Shown: positions 1 through 11,053, numbered from the stretch's first letter. The stretch: DNA of 64,000 bases from Alphaproteobacteria bacterium (GCA_965249135.1 OZ252220.1:352001-416000); one strand, 5' to 3'. Numbers and translations are program-made. The notes: a model not told the origin generated them from the sequence alone.

Positions 1-809
1 GGCACGGTTGTGTGGGTAAGCGTGTGGTGGGTGACGCCGCCAAGCACGAGTTCGCGAAGCCGTGATCCGCCATAAGCCCCCATCACGATCAGGTCGCAAT
101 CGAGGTCGATGGCCGTCTGGCAGATGATTTCGCCCTTGTGTCGGCCGCCGGCCAGGTTCGAACGCGTCTCGACATTGATCCCGTGACGGGCTAGCCGGGT
201 CGCGACCGCCGCCCCGGGGACATCGTCATGGTCCGGTGGATCGATGGTCAGCACCGTCACCTGTTCCGCCTCCTTCAGGAACGGCAGCGCGTAGCCGACG
301 GCACGTCCGCTTTCCGGCAATGTCTTCCAGGCGATCAGGATCCGCATGCCGATGCGATCGACCGCCTGCTCATAGGGCACGACGAGGACCGGGCAACCGG
401 CCATCATCGGCAGATGATTTGGCAGGTGCAGCCGCAATTTGTCCTCGAAGCTTTGCGCGTGCGACTGGCTGATAATGGCGAGATCCGAAAAAGGCGCGTA
501 TTTCATCAGCAGCTTGAGGTGATCCCCTTTTTCGCAAAGGCATTCGGTGGAAATCTGATTCGACTTGCAGAAGTCGAGGAATTCCTGCTCGATATCGACG
601 GCGTGTTCATGGGCAATCGTCGTCTCCTCGGCGAGAAAGCCAAGGGCCGCGCCGCGGCCCGCGATGGCATCGGGCATGTAGGCGGGCTCTTCCGTGTAGA
701 GGCCAAGGAGATGGGCGTCGAACCGCTGGGCGAGCTTCGCGGCCGTTTCGACCCGGGCCTGGTGCTTCGGGTCGTCGGCCAGATGAACAAGGATCGTTTT
801 GATGGTCAT
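1..809 (-). CDS. Universal stress protein (tandem UspA domains), runs off the left edge
   Basis: Manual translation: MTIKTILVHLADD... and ...DLIVMGAYGGSRLRELVLGGVTHHTLTHTTVP, the typical UspA C-terminal motif; GAAGG RBS upstream; no stop inside the window. Confidence 0.85.
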   Translation of the reverse strand, partial: MTIKTILVHLADDPKHQARVETAAKLAQRFDAHLLGLYTEEPAYMPDAIAGRGAALGFLAEETTIAHEHAVDIEQEFLDFCKSNQISTECLCEKGDHLKLLMKYAPFSDLAIISQSHAQSFEDKLRLHLPNHLPMMAGCPVLVVPYEQAVDRIGMRILIAWKTLPESGRAVGYALPFLKEAEQVTVLTIDPPDHDDVPGAAVATRLARHGINVETRSNLAGGRHKGEIICQTAIDLDCDLIVMGAYGGSRLRELVLGGVTHHTLTHTTV

Positions 810-906
810 GGCCATCCTTCGACGGTGGGTCAAAGCTTCGGGGCCGTCTTCCCCGGAAGGCGAGGGCCCGGAAAACGAGAAGAAGGCTAGCCTCCCGGCT
901 CGCGCA

Positions 907-1413
907 TTGCAATTCTGCAAACGCCGGCTTGCTTTTGCGTTAACGCTTCTTCTTCTAGCCGGGTTCGGTTTTGCGCCCGGCCTCGCCAGCCCCGGGCCCC
1001 CGGAAAGCGAGAGGATGGCGGAGCCGGCGCGCGAGCCGCTTTCCCTCATCACGGCCACCGGTACCCACGCCTTCGAGGTCGAGGTGGCGGGCACAAAGGA
1101 GGCGCGGGCCAAGGGCCTCATGCACCGCGAGACGCTGGCGCCCAATCACGGCATGCTCTTCGATTTCGAACGCCCGGTAACGGACGCCGCCATGTGGATG
1201 AAGAACACGCCGCTTTCCCTCGACATGCTCTTCTTGGGGCCGGAGGGGCGCATCCTGATGATCGAGGGTCAGACGACGCCGGGTTCCATGGATCCGATCG
1301 GGACCCGCCGGCCGGTCCGCGCCGTGCTCGAGCTTCCCGGCGGCACGGCGGCACGGCTGGGTGCACGGGTAGGCGATCGCGTCGAACACCCCATCTTTGA
1401 GGCGTCCGACTGA
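907..1413 (+). CDS. DUF192 family exported protein (start uncertain)
   Basis: VEVA...KGLMHR...GMLF, MWMKNTPLSLDMLF and VLELPGG motifs; hydrophobic N-terminal segment. Confidence 0.85.
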   Translation: MQFCKRRLAFALTLLLLAGFGFAPGLASPGPPESERMAEPAREPLSLITATGTHAFEVEVAGTKEARAKGLMHRETLAPNHGMLFDFERPVTDAAMWMKNTPLSLDMLFLGPEGRILMIEGQTTPGSMDPIGTRRPVRAVLELPGGTAARLGARVGDRVEHPIFEASD

Positions 1414-1824
1414 CCTGGCAGAACGGCCGTACCCTTGGCGTCGCCATCCCGGCGGCGGCGTTTCAGTCTGAACTTCCAGGCTCTCGGTAGCCGGAGGCGG
1501 ATTTGCGACGTGAGATCACTCGCAGATTACGATTTGGCAAAGCAAATCTCACAAACACTTTTTCACAGCTCGATTGGATTATGCCTTTCGCCCAATCATT
1601 ATAAACAGCCCGCCCTCGCCACCATAATGCGATAGAAGCATATCTATCTCGGTCTCTAGACGATCAAGAGCAGATCCCGAGGAACTAGCTTCGAAGATTT
1701 TTTCATTAACCGAAAAAGTACCGACTATCTTCGGAATCGATGAAATAAATGCGAAAATCCACTTCGCGAAGCCATTCGAGGGCCTCGGATATGGTGTGCT
1801 TGCTTTCATGTGGATGACATTATT

Positions 1825-3168
1825 TGAGGTGGCCTCGGTTTGTCGGACAGCTTGGCGGCTTGATTAAGGTGTATTCCGGTTGTCGTTCATGCTGCCAGAA
1901 TCCCTTTGCATCGATCTCCTTGCCGTTGTTGTTGCGCCTGTGGGGATGTGGGCAAGGTGCGTAGCGGCTTGTCCATCATATCCACAGGCGGGGCACCGCG
2001 GTAGGCCTCGGCCGGCGTTTCCCCCCCGAGCGCCGAGTGCGGCCTCTCGGTGTTGTAGAAGTCGATCCACTCGCCGATGACGCGCCGGGCCTCGAAGCCG
2101 TCGGCGAGCTCGCGCAGATAGACGGCCTCATATTTGAGGGAGCGCCACAGCTGCTCAATGAAGATGTTATCCAGGCACCGGCCCCTGCCGTCCATCGAGA
2201 TCCGGATGCCGGCCTCCCGCAAGCGCCCGGTGAAGGCGAAGCTGGTGAACTGGCTGCCCTGGTCGGTATTGAAGATCTCCGGCGTGCCATGGCGGGCCAG
2301 CGCCTCGTCGAGCGCGTCTGTGCAGAAGCCCGCATCCAGGGTGTTCGACAGACGCCAAGCCAGCACATGCCGGCTGGCCCAGTCCATGATCGCCACCAGG
2401 TAAAGAAAGCCGCGGCGCACCGGGATGTAGGTGATGTCGGCGCACCAGACATGGCCCGCCCGCTCGATCATCAAGCCTCTGAGCAGATAGGGGTAGACCC
2501 GGTGCTCGGGATGCGGATCGCTGGTGCGCGGCGCCCTATAGATCGCCTGAAGCCCCATCAGGCGCATCTCAGACGACCGGCCCGGCGACGACCGATGCGC
2601 ACGCCCTCGCGGCGCAGATGACGGACCGTCTGACGGGCGCCGTAGAACGGATACTTCAGGAACAACTCATCAATGCGCCACATCAGCGCCAGAGTCTCCG
2701 GGCTCTCGCCCTTGGGCGTGTAATAGAGCGAGGAGCGTCCGATCGACAGCAAACGGCATTGACGGCTCAAGCTCAGCGCCCGGTGATCGCGCATCACCAT
2801 CGTTCACCGCTCGGACCGGCTCATCGACCGGACCCTCGAGACAAAAAATCCCGCCCCACCGTCAACTCGCCGATCTTCGCGTGAAGATCACGGATCTCGC
2901 TCTCATGGTCCCCACGGCGGCGCTCGCCCCCGTTCGAAAACACCTCGCCAAGACCATCAATCGCCTGGCGCTTCCATGTGCTCACCTGGTTCGGATGAAC
3001 CTGGTGCTTCGAGGCAATCTCCTGAAGCGTCCGGTCGCCACAAAACGCCTCAAGCGCGATCTTCGCCTTCAGCTCCCCGGAAAACCTGCGTCTCCTGCTC
3101 ATCGCGTATCCCTCCTCAGTCGGGGGAATACACCTTAAACACCTGTCCGATTTTCCGGGGCCACCTCA
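1825..3168 (-). mobile_element. IS3-family insertion sequence
   Basis: 26-bp imperfect terminal IRs TGAGGTGGCCTCGGTTTGTCGGACAG / TGAGGTGGCCCCGGAAAATCGGACAG (21/26 match); orfA/orfB inside; no target duplication seen. Confidence 0.9.
1887..3102 (-). pseudogene. IS3 transposase orfA (2821-3102) and orfB, with an extra frameshift near 2568
   Basis: HTH OrfA; T6G run at the A/B junction; DDE motifs WCADITY, TDQGSQFTS, DNIFIE; orfB split into ORFs 2558-2800 and 1887-2567. Confidence 0.85.
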
Positions 3169-3262
3169 CAAGCAAGCGGCTTAACATCAACCCACGATGA
3201 GCCGGATCCTCCGTTAAGAAACAGGCTCAGATGTCCCAAATGTTCCGATGACGGACAAACAG

Positions 3263-3421
3263 GGCCAGGCCGAGGGAGACATTTCTGAGGAGGTGTCTCC
3301 GACCCACACCGCCCGCGCGCTTCTCGGCCTGTTCCTCGGTCTGCGTGTGCTGGCCCGCAGCCGCCCCGAGGCGTCCGCGCTCCGGTCTATCAAGAACCAG
3401 GCGGAAGCCTTGTTACGGTAG
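3263..3421 (+). pseudogene. C-terminal remnant of a TetR-family regulator
   Basis: Manual translation GQAEGDISEEVSPTHTARALLGLFLGLRVLARSRPEASALRSIKNQAEALLR*; no HTH upstream, next to the IS3 end. Confidence 0.6.
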
Positions 3422-3813
3422 CGGGCGGCCGCCCGGATCGCGCCTCTCGCTCGCGTGCACACTAGGGGGCGGTCCGCCTCTGTATCTGGATGTGTCCCAG
3501 TCGATCTGTCCGGCACAGCGTCGCATCGAACCTTACCGCCGTCGGCAAGAGCCTTCCCAGGGTCGACGAGGTCCCTGGTCACCCCTGTGTGCAAGGAGCC
3601 CCATTCCATTAGCTCTTGTATTCGGATAGAGAACTTCTGTAGCATTCGGTATTAAAAATCGAGCGTTGCGGATCGTCTCCGAGAGCGACTCTACCGCCGT
3701 GACGATCGAGATTGCGTAACACCGCACCGCCGACCGAGGGGATGGCAGCGGTGTCGACGTGCGGGGAGGGGATGACCGAGGGGTGCTTACTCCGTTAAGC
3801 GACCAGAATAGGA

Positions 3814-6426
3814 GTGATGGATTTGATGACGGGTAACGAAATCGGGCGAGCCATCGATCGGAGTACTAGGCTTTTGTTTGCGACATTTGCCTTCGCTGTC
3901 GTCTTGGCGGCGCCGCAAGTCGGATTTGCCGACGATAAGTTCAGCGGTTTCGTGGCCTACCCGATCGGAACCAACACCGCGGATTGGGTCGTCGATCGAA
4001 GAGCCTCAGCGTCGTTCGGGAACATCGGAACATTTCAAGGGCGCGACAACGTCATCTTGTTGGGGATCGCGCCACCGGCGGCAGACAGTTCTCGCCTAAA
4101 CTGGCAGGGTTACAAACAGAACATGACCGTGCCCGCGGGCAATTCATTCCTGCGCGGCGATATGTGGATCGCCGATGGCTGGCAGACCGGTACCGAGGAC
4201 GATTTCGTCAATACGGGTATGTGGGGTTCGGCCATGCCCGAGCACCTCGTGGCCAAGGGCAATTACGTCAACGCGGCAGCGGTGTTTCCGATCGTTCACT
4301 TCATCAACCAAGGGGGTGCCGGTCGGTTGAGAGTCTGGGACACGTCGACCTCGGGCTGGGTCAACTTACCGGAGACCGCCGATCTGATCACCTACGATGG
4401 GTGGAATACCATCGACCTCAGGCTGTTACCCGACGAGCGGAAGATCGAGTACCTGTTGAACAGGGAAGTCTTCTACACCTGGGACATGCCTGAGCCCCAA
4501 GATTCCGACCTTGGACTCCCCGAGCAGTTTTTCGCGATGTACCTGAACGCTCGGAATAATGGCGTCACGTCATTTGATACGTACTGGTCCCGCCTGATGT
4601 CGGGACTTCTGATCGGGGGGGGCGAGGACATCGGCACTACGCCTGGTGACGTTGTCGTCGATCCCGGTGAAGGGGCATCGCGGAACGTGGTCGTCGGCGA
4701 TGGGGTGACGATTGGCGGCTCCATCGCGGCGGACGGCGGTGCGCGGGGAGTCGAGATCGAGTTTGACGGCAGCGCCGACATTGTCGGAAACGTTATCGCC
4801 AGCGGCACCGCGTTTCAGTTCGGAACCGAGCCCGGCGAAAGCGTCAGGATCGGCGGCGATATCGAGCTCGTGAATAGCTCGAGCACCACGGGAGGAAGCA
4901 CCGCCAACCCGGTTCAAGTCACCGGCAATGTAGCGGTCGACAAGACCTCCGTCTTAGGCGGTAACTGGAACATCTTGGGGAATCTTGGCGTCTTGGGCAC
5001 GCTCGGCCCAGGCAGTTTGATCGGCACGGTGACGGTCGCCGGCAACCACACGTTCGGTCCCGACTCGGTGTACATGGTGGAGATCGACGGCGAAGGAAAT
5101 GCCGACTTGTTGAGCGTGAGTGGAATTGCGCGCTTGGACGGCACAGTACAGGTCAGCCCGAACGACGGCGCCAACGACTTTCTCCTTGGACATGCCTATA
5201 CGATCGTAGAGGCCGGCGGTGGGTTCGACGGAACGCGTTTCGACGGCGCGTCGTGGGACAGCGCGTTCCTCGATCCCCAACTCAGCTATGACAGCACGAA
5301 CGTCTTTCTGACGATCGATCGCAACGGAACCTCCTTTGCATCGGTGGCTTTGACGCCGAACCAGGTGGCCGCGGCCACTGTGCTGGATTCGCTGACCCCG
5401 GGGAATTCAATCCACGACGCGATCACCCTGAATTCGGCGGCAAGTGCCGCGCAAGCTTTCGACCTGCTCTCCGGAGAGGTCTATGCGAGTACGCGAAACG
5501 GTCTGCTTGAGGAGTCCCAACAGGTTCGTTTGATCATCGCCGACCGGCTGCAGCAAGTGTCGTTCGGGCAGAGCGAACATGCAGAAAAGAGAGCGCAGGA
5601 TTCCGGGATATGGATGCAGGCCTTTGGATCGTTCGGCGAGACCGATGCCACAGCAAACACGGGCAAGGTGGACCGCAGTGTCCGCGGCTTCATGATCGGC
5701 GCCGACGGCATGCTATCCGACGATTGGCGGATCGGCCTCGCCGGTGGCCACACACATTCGAAATTCGATCTCGATTCCCGCCTGTCGTCTGCCTCCGCCG
5801 ACAATTTTCACGTCGCGGCGTATGGCGGAACGGCATTGGGAGCCGTCGGATTGCGGTTCGGCGCTGCCCAGAGCTGGCACAACATTGACACCGACCGGTC
5901 AGTCACGTTCACCGGATTCTCGGAGTCGCTGACAAGCGATAACGATGCCCGAACGACCCAGGTATTCGGTGAGATCGGCTACGCCATGTCCATCGGAGCG
6001 ATCGACACCGAACCGTTTGCCGGGCTTGCATACGTCAACCACCATACCGACGACTTTGTCGAGCGAGGTGGTGACGCCGCTCTCCACGTGCGGTCGCCCG
6101 ACGACGGCCTTGGCTTCTCGACCTTGGGTCTGAGAGCTGACAAGTCACTCCTCATCAGCGACGGGACCGTGCTGTCGCTGGAAGCAGTGGCCGGCTGGGA
6201 GCATGCCTTCGGAGATGTCTCACCGACCACGAGCGTGGCGTTCGACGCCGGTTCCCCGTTTACCGTAGAGGGGGCGCCGATCGCGAGAAACAGCGCCGTC
6301 CTGGCTCTCGGTTTCGACCTGATGTCCGATGATGGGAACTTCAGCTTGGGCGCGGCGTATGGCGGCAAGTTTAACGGCGACGCCACCAGCCACGACTTGG
6401 ATGTAACGGTCAGAATCCGATTCTGA
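3814..6426 (+). CDS. Type Va autotransporter, 870 aa
   Basis: Signal peptide, Gly/Val-rich beta-helix, linker helix (AFDLLSGEVYAS), beta-barrel from GIWMQAFG to terminal VRIRF. Confidence 0.92.
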   Translation: MMDLMTGNEIGRAIDRSTRLLFATFAFAVVLAAPQVGFADDKFSGFVAYPIGTNTADWVVDRRASASFGNIGTFQGRDNVILLGIAPPAADSSRLNWQGYKQNMTVPAGNSFLRGDMWIADGWQTGTEDDFVNTGMWGSAMPEHLVAKGNYVNAAAVFPIVHFINQGGAGRLRVWDTSTSGWVNLPETADLITYDGWNTIDLRLLPDERKIEYLLNREVFYTWDMPEPQDSDLGLPEQFFAMYLNARNNGVTSFDTYWSRLMSGLLIGGGEDIGTTPGDVVVDPGEGASRNVVVGDGVTIGGSIAADGGARGVEIEFDGSADIVGNVIASGTAFQFGTEPGESVRIGGDIELVNSSSTTGGSTANPVQVTGNVAVDKTSVLGGNWNILGNLGVLGTLGPGSLIGTVTVAGNHTFGPDSVYMVEIDGEGNADLLSVSGIARLDGTVQVSPNDGANDFLLGHAYTIVEAGGGFDGTRFDGASWDSAFLDPQLSYDSTNVFLTIDRNGTSFASVALTPNQVAAATVLDSLTPGNSIHDAITLNSAASAAQAFDLLSGEVYASTRNGLLEESQQVRLIIADRLQQVSFGQSEHAEKRAQDSGIWMQAFGSFGETDATANTGKVDRSVRGFMIGADGMLSDDWRIGLAGGHTHSKFDLDSRLSSASADNFHVAAYGGTALGAVGLRFGAAQSWHNIDTDRSVTFTGFSESLTSDNDARTTQVFGEIGYAMSIGAIDTEPFAGLAYVNHHTDDFVERGGDAALHVRSPDDGLGFSTLGLRADKSLLISDGTVLSLEAVAGWEHAFGDVSPTTSVAFDAGSPFTVEGAPIARNSAVLALGFDLMSDDGNFSLGAAYGGKFNGDATSHDLDVTVRIRF

Positions 6427-6548
6427 AGCAACGGGTCGTCCGAGCGGCAGCGACAATAGCGGAAGGGGAGATCACCAAGCGGGGGTCAGGATGTCTTCAA
6501 GATCGCGGTCATCCCCCTCCGCTAGATCCTCTGTGGTTGGCGAGACTA

Positions 6549-6644
6549 TCCAAGCACGCGCTATTCGGCGAGGCCACGTCGGCGGGCTTGACGACCGACA
6601 GCCGCACGTACGGCGCGACCGCGGGCCTGCGCCTGAGCTTCTGA
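6549..6644 (+). pseudogene. C-terminal remnant of a second autotransporter/OM beta-barrel gene
   Basis: Translates to SKHALFGEATSAGLTTDSRTYGATAGLRLSF*, an amphipathic last strand ending in Phe. Confidence 0.5.
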
Positions 6645-6676
6645 CCCACATTGGGTTGAATGGGGGGGAGATCGTG

Positions 6677-6805
6677 TTAATTTGAGCCATCGAGTTTGCG
6701 CCATTTCCGGCGGGCGCTCGACAGCAGCTTGAAGACCATGGCGAGCGCCGTTTTGCAGGATAGGCAGCCCTTGGTCCTGGTGGTTCTCAGTCCCACAGTG
6801 GCGAA
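6677..6805 (-). pseudogene. IS256-family transposase C-terminal fragment
   Basis: Translates to FATVGLRTTRTKGCLSCKTALAMVFKLLSSARRKWRKLDGSN*, matching the IS256 C-terminal pattern. Confidence 0.7.
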
Positions 6806-6841
6806 GGAACACAAATGAGATCGGTTAAACGCAACACGCTC

Positions 6842-7845
6842 TAGTGGATTGATCGGATCGAAAGAGTCCGATTTGGGATTCCGTATTGTGCCGTGGCATG
6901 CGAGTCTGGCACATGCGCCGCGGAATCTCCTTCACTGTATCGGCCGGCGACCGTCAGCGATTGCGCGCGATCGTCGCGGACCCCAAGAGCCCGCAGAAGC
7001 ACGTCTGGCGGGCGCGTATTGTCCTTCTGACCGGCGCGGGTCTGGGTACCTCGGCGATCATGGGCGAGACCGACAAGTCCAAGACCTGCGTGTGGCGCTG
7101 GCAGGAGCGCTTCATGCACGAGGGCGTCGGCGGCCTGCTTCGCGACAAGTCCCGCCCGCCGGGCAAGGCGCCGATCGCGCTTGATCGCGTCGCCTGGATC
7201 GTCCGTCAGACGCAGCAACCGCCGCCGCACGAGGCAACCCACTGGACGCTGCGCGCGATGGCCAAGGCGGCCGGCGTCGCCGCGTCGACGGTGCAGGCGA
7301 TCTGGAAAGCCCACGGCCTCAGCCCGCACCGCTGGCGGAACTTCAAGCTCTCGAACGACCCGGCCTTCGCCGAGAAGCTCGCCGATATCGTCGGCTTGTA
7401 TGTCGATCCACCGGCCCATGCGGTGGTGCTGTCGATCGACGAGAAGTCGCAGATCCAAGCACTCGACCGCACCCAGCCCGGCCTGCCGATGAAGAAGGGC
7501 CGCGCCGGCACCATGACCCATGACTACAAACGCCACGGCACGACCACGCTGTTCGCGGCGCTCAACATTCTGGATGGAACGGTCATCGGGCAGAACATGC
7601 AGCGCCACCGCCATCAGGAGTTCATCCGCTTCCTCAACCGCATCGAGCGCGAGGTGCCGGCGGACAAGGCCATCCACGTGATCCTCGACAATTACGCGGC
7701 GCACAAGAAGGACAAGGTCAGCGCTTGGCTCGACCGTCATCCACGCTGGACTTTCCACTTCACGCCAACCTCGTGTTCGTGGCTCAATGCCGTCGAGGGC
7801 TTCTTTGCCAAACTCACGCGGCGCAGGCTCAAGCACGGTATCTTC
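6842..7845 (+). mobile_element. IS630-family element, 3'-truncated
   Basis: Begins at a CTAG site; transposase from 6913 with SIDEKSQIQAL, ILDNYAAHK and SWLNAVEGFF; stops at RRLKHGIF without the usual C-terminal tail or right end. Confidence 0.85.
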
Positions 7846-8182
7846 TGAGGTGGCCCTTTCCGTTCACTCGCGCCGGCACGAGGTGAGACGTGACATCCTC
7901 CCCCCAATCGGGGCGCAGCCCACTTTGCGCGCAGTCAAGTACCAAACGTCGGGTTTCTTCATCTAGATCCGAGACCGCGCGATGCACGACCTCCGCATCG
8001 TGGGCCGGTAGGGGTGACTCACTGCTCGCCATCGCGGCACCTGTAGCCAGAAGGCTGGCGAAGCTACTTGATCGCCACCGTGCCGGCCCGATTCGGGTTC
8101 TTCTCTCGCTCGCTAGTACACATTCCCGCTGATAGGCCCAATGCAGCAACTTCTCGATGTCGATACAGCGCTTTTTGAGCAT
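7846..8182 (-). pseudogene. Truncated hypothetical protein resembling alphaproteobacterial prophage proteins
   Basis: MLKKRCIDIEKLLHWAYQRE...HDAEVVHRAV...RPDW pattern recalled from prophage ORFs; cut at the IS630 junction. Confidence 0.4.
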
Positions 8183-8320
8183 GCTTATGCGCTATTAGCT
8201 ACTTTTTTAGAACGGCGGTGACAAATTAGTCCACGGAAGCGGCGGGATTTACCAGCCGCGGGCGGAATAAAACTCTGCCACCTGTAGCCTTCGATCCATT
8301 TGGGGATGGAAGGTGGGAGG

Positions 8321-9819
8321 ATGCACACCGTGGATCTTTATCTACGCGTACGGCTGGCCTGCCATGTTGATGGGCTGAGCCAGCGAGAGGCGGCAAGTCG
8401 GTTTGGCATTGCGCGCGAGACGGTGAAGAAGATGCTCCGGCATTCGGAACCGCCGGGATATCGGCGACGTCAGCCACCGAAACGCCCGAAGCTGGCCCCC
8501 TTCACGGATATCATCGACCGTATTCTGGAGGAGGACTGAACGGTTCACCGTAAGCAGCACCACACGGCGAAGCGTATCTTCGAACGCCTTCGCGACGAAC
8601 ATGGCTTCACGGGTAAGGAGACCATCGTAAAGGATTATGTTCGTGAACGGCGCCGTCGTCTGCGTGAGATGTATGTGCCGTTGTCACATCCTCCGGGCCA
8701 TGCTCAAGCGGACTTTGGCGAGGCGGATGCGATCATCGCCGGCGTCAAGTATCGGGCGTATTTTTTCGTTATGACCCTTCCCCACAGCGATGCCTGCTTC
8801 GCTGCGGCCTACCCGGCGGCGGCGACGGAGGCCTGGCTGGACGGGCACAACAGAGCCTTTGTCTTTTTCGGTGGCGTTCCCCAATCGATTCTCTACGACA
8901 ACGACAAGTGTCTGGTGTCGCGCATCTTGCCAGATGGCACGCGGCAACGAACGCGGGCGTTCAGCGGGCTGCAGTCCCATTACCTCTTCGAGGACCGCTA
9001 CGGCCGTCCCGGCAAGGGCAACGACAAAGGCAATGTTGAGGGGGTGGTCGGCTACGCCCGGCGGAACTTCATGACGCCGCTTCCCCGGTTTGCGAGCTAG
9101 GACGCCTTCAATGTCCACCTGGAAGAGCAATGCCGCAACCGGCAAGGCGACGTCCTGCGCGGCCGCCGCGAGAGCATCGGCGAACGGTTTGTGCGTGACC
9201 GCGAAGCGTTGATGTCGCCACTGCCGGCGCCGTTCGATGCGTGCGACAAGCAGGGCACGCGGGTCAGCTCGCTGTCCCTGGTGCGCTACCAGACGAATGA
9301 CTATTCCGTGCCCGTCGCCTACGGCCATCAGGACGTCTGGATCCGTGGCTATGTCCACGAGGTGGTTATCGGTTGCGGCGCCGGGATCATTGCCCGGCAC
9401 CCCCGTTCCTACGACCGGGAAGATATGGTCTTCGATCCGATCCACTACCTGCCTTTGCTGGAGCACAAGATCGGCGCCCTGGACCAGGCCGCGCCGCTAG
9501 CCGGATGGGAACTGCCTGATGCCTTCCCAACCCTGCGCCGTCTCCTGGAGGCGCGCATGGGCAAGGCCGGCAAGCGGGAATACGTCCAGGTCCTTCGGCT
9601 TCTGGAGACCTTCGATCTCGAGGTGCTTCACGGCGCGGTCAAGGACGCCCTGCGCCTGGGTGCGATCGGCTACGACGCCGTCAAACACCTTGTGCTGTGC
9701 CGTATCGACGACGCCCGCCTAAACTCGACCTGGATATCTATCCCTATCTGCCTCGGGCCAACGTGGCGACCACGGCCGCCGCCAGTTATATGAGCTTGTT
9801 GGGTGGAGGCGCGTCATGA
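8321..9819 (+). pseudogene. istA: IS21 transposase IstA, inactivated
   Basis: AQADFGEA, LYDNDK and DKGNVEG motifs; in-frame stops at 8537-8539 and 9098-9100; frameshift near 9710. Confidence 0.88.
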
Positions 9820-10586
9820 CCGATACACCGCAAGTGTTGCTGGCGCATCACCTCAAGACCCTGAAGCTGCCGACGTTCCTGCGCGAATACGACAAGCTGG
9901 CCCGGCAATGCGCCGCCGCGGGCGCCGACCATGTGCGCTATCTTGTCCGCCTGGCCGAGCTGGAGCTAATCGACCGTGAGCGCCGCATGGTCGAGCGGCG
10001 GATCAGACAGGCCAGGTTCCCCGCCGTCAAAAGCCTCGACAGCTTCGACTTCAAGGTCATCCCATCGCTCAACAAGATGCTGGTCCTGGAACTGGCGCGA
10101 TGTGAATACGTCGCGCGCCGTGAGAACGTCATCGCGCTCGGCAACTCAGGTACCGGCAAAACCCATATCGCCCTCGGCCTCGGTCTGGCGGCCTGCCAGA
10201 AGGGGCTCTCAGTGGGGTTCACCACGGCCGCCGCCCTGGTGCACGAACTGATGGAGGCACGGGACGAGAAGCGTCTGTTGCGCCTGCAGAACCAACTGGC
10301 AAAATATCGCCTTCTGATCATCGACGAACTCGGCTTCGTGCCGCTCTCGAAGACCGGCGCCGAACTTTTGTTCGAGGTGTTCGGCCAGCGCTACGAGCGT
10401 GGCTCCACCCTGGTGACCAGTAATCTGCCGTTCGATGAGTGGACCGAGATATTCGGCTCCGAACGCCTGACCGGGGCGTCGCTGGATCGTCTCACCCACC
10501 ATGTCCATATCCTGGAAATGAATGGCGAGAGCTATCGTCTCAACCAAAGCCGAAAACAGCGGAAATCCCTAAAAATGCCTGCTTAA
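9816..10586 (+). CDS. istB: IS21 AAA+ helper ATPase IstB
   Basis: GNSGTGKTH Walker A, LIIDELG Walker B, LDRLTHH. Confidence 0.95.
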   Translation: MTDTPQVLLAHHLKTLKLPTFLREYDKLARQCAAAGADHVRYLVRLAELELIDRERRMVERRIRQARFPAVKSLDSFDFKVIPSLNKMLVLELARCEYVARRENVIALGNSGTGKTHIALGLGLAACQKGLSVGFTTAAALVHELMEARDEKRLLRLQNQLAKYRLLIIDELGFVPLSKTGAELLFEVFGQRYERGSTLVTSNLPFDEWTEIFGSERLTGASLDRLTHHVHILEMNGESYRLNQSRKQRKSLKMPA

Positions 10587-11053
10587 CCGCCGGTGCAATG
10601 GTTGGCCTGGTAGTCCACAGGAACCTCCCACGCTGCTTCGCTTCGCCTAACGTAAGCGCTACACGGAAGCAGCGCGGGTCCCTCCTATGGACTACCAGGA
10701 CAACCCCCAACACCGCGTACCGCATCACATCAAGTGGACTAGTTTTGCTCCGCCCGGGTGGGCTAATTTTGCTCCGCCGGCGACACTTTTTGTTGGATCT
10801 GCATGAAAACGCTGCTGATCTCGTCAAAAGGGATATCAAAACTCTGTTGATTATCAGACGGTCGAAATTTAGATCAAGAAGCAAAGTCAGGTCTGTCAAC
10901 ATAGGTGTGAACAAGCTGCGAACGAAATATCGCCTTGTGGCCGATTTGTGACGTGGAAGTTCGCGTTTTTACCCATTTTTAGATGATTCTTGGCATAGTG
11001 TTGTCGCGTATCGCTTGCGTGAGGCCTTAGGAGACCCTAGATTCCCGGGCATC

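Larger units (their letters stand above)
8207..10785 (+). mobile_element. IS21-family insertion sequence
   Basis: Repeated end motifs (GGCGG..AAA.TAG.CCAC) at both ends; right end finishes GACA; CTTTT(T) direct repeat on both flanks; istA/istB inside. Confidence 0.88.

Noticed and set aside
1500-1824. AT-rich stretch with short ORFs left of IS3
   Set aside because: No recognisable motif in any frame; probably a gene remnant but cannot be assigned
6841-7836. 331-aa minus-strand ORF, and similar long antisense ORFs over copA, hcl, valS and tolC
   Set aside because: Shadow frames of recognisable genes in GC-rich DNA, with no motifs
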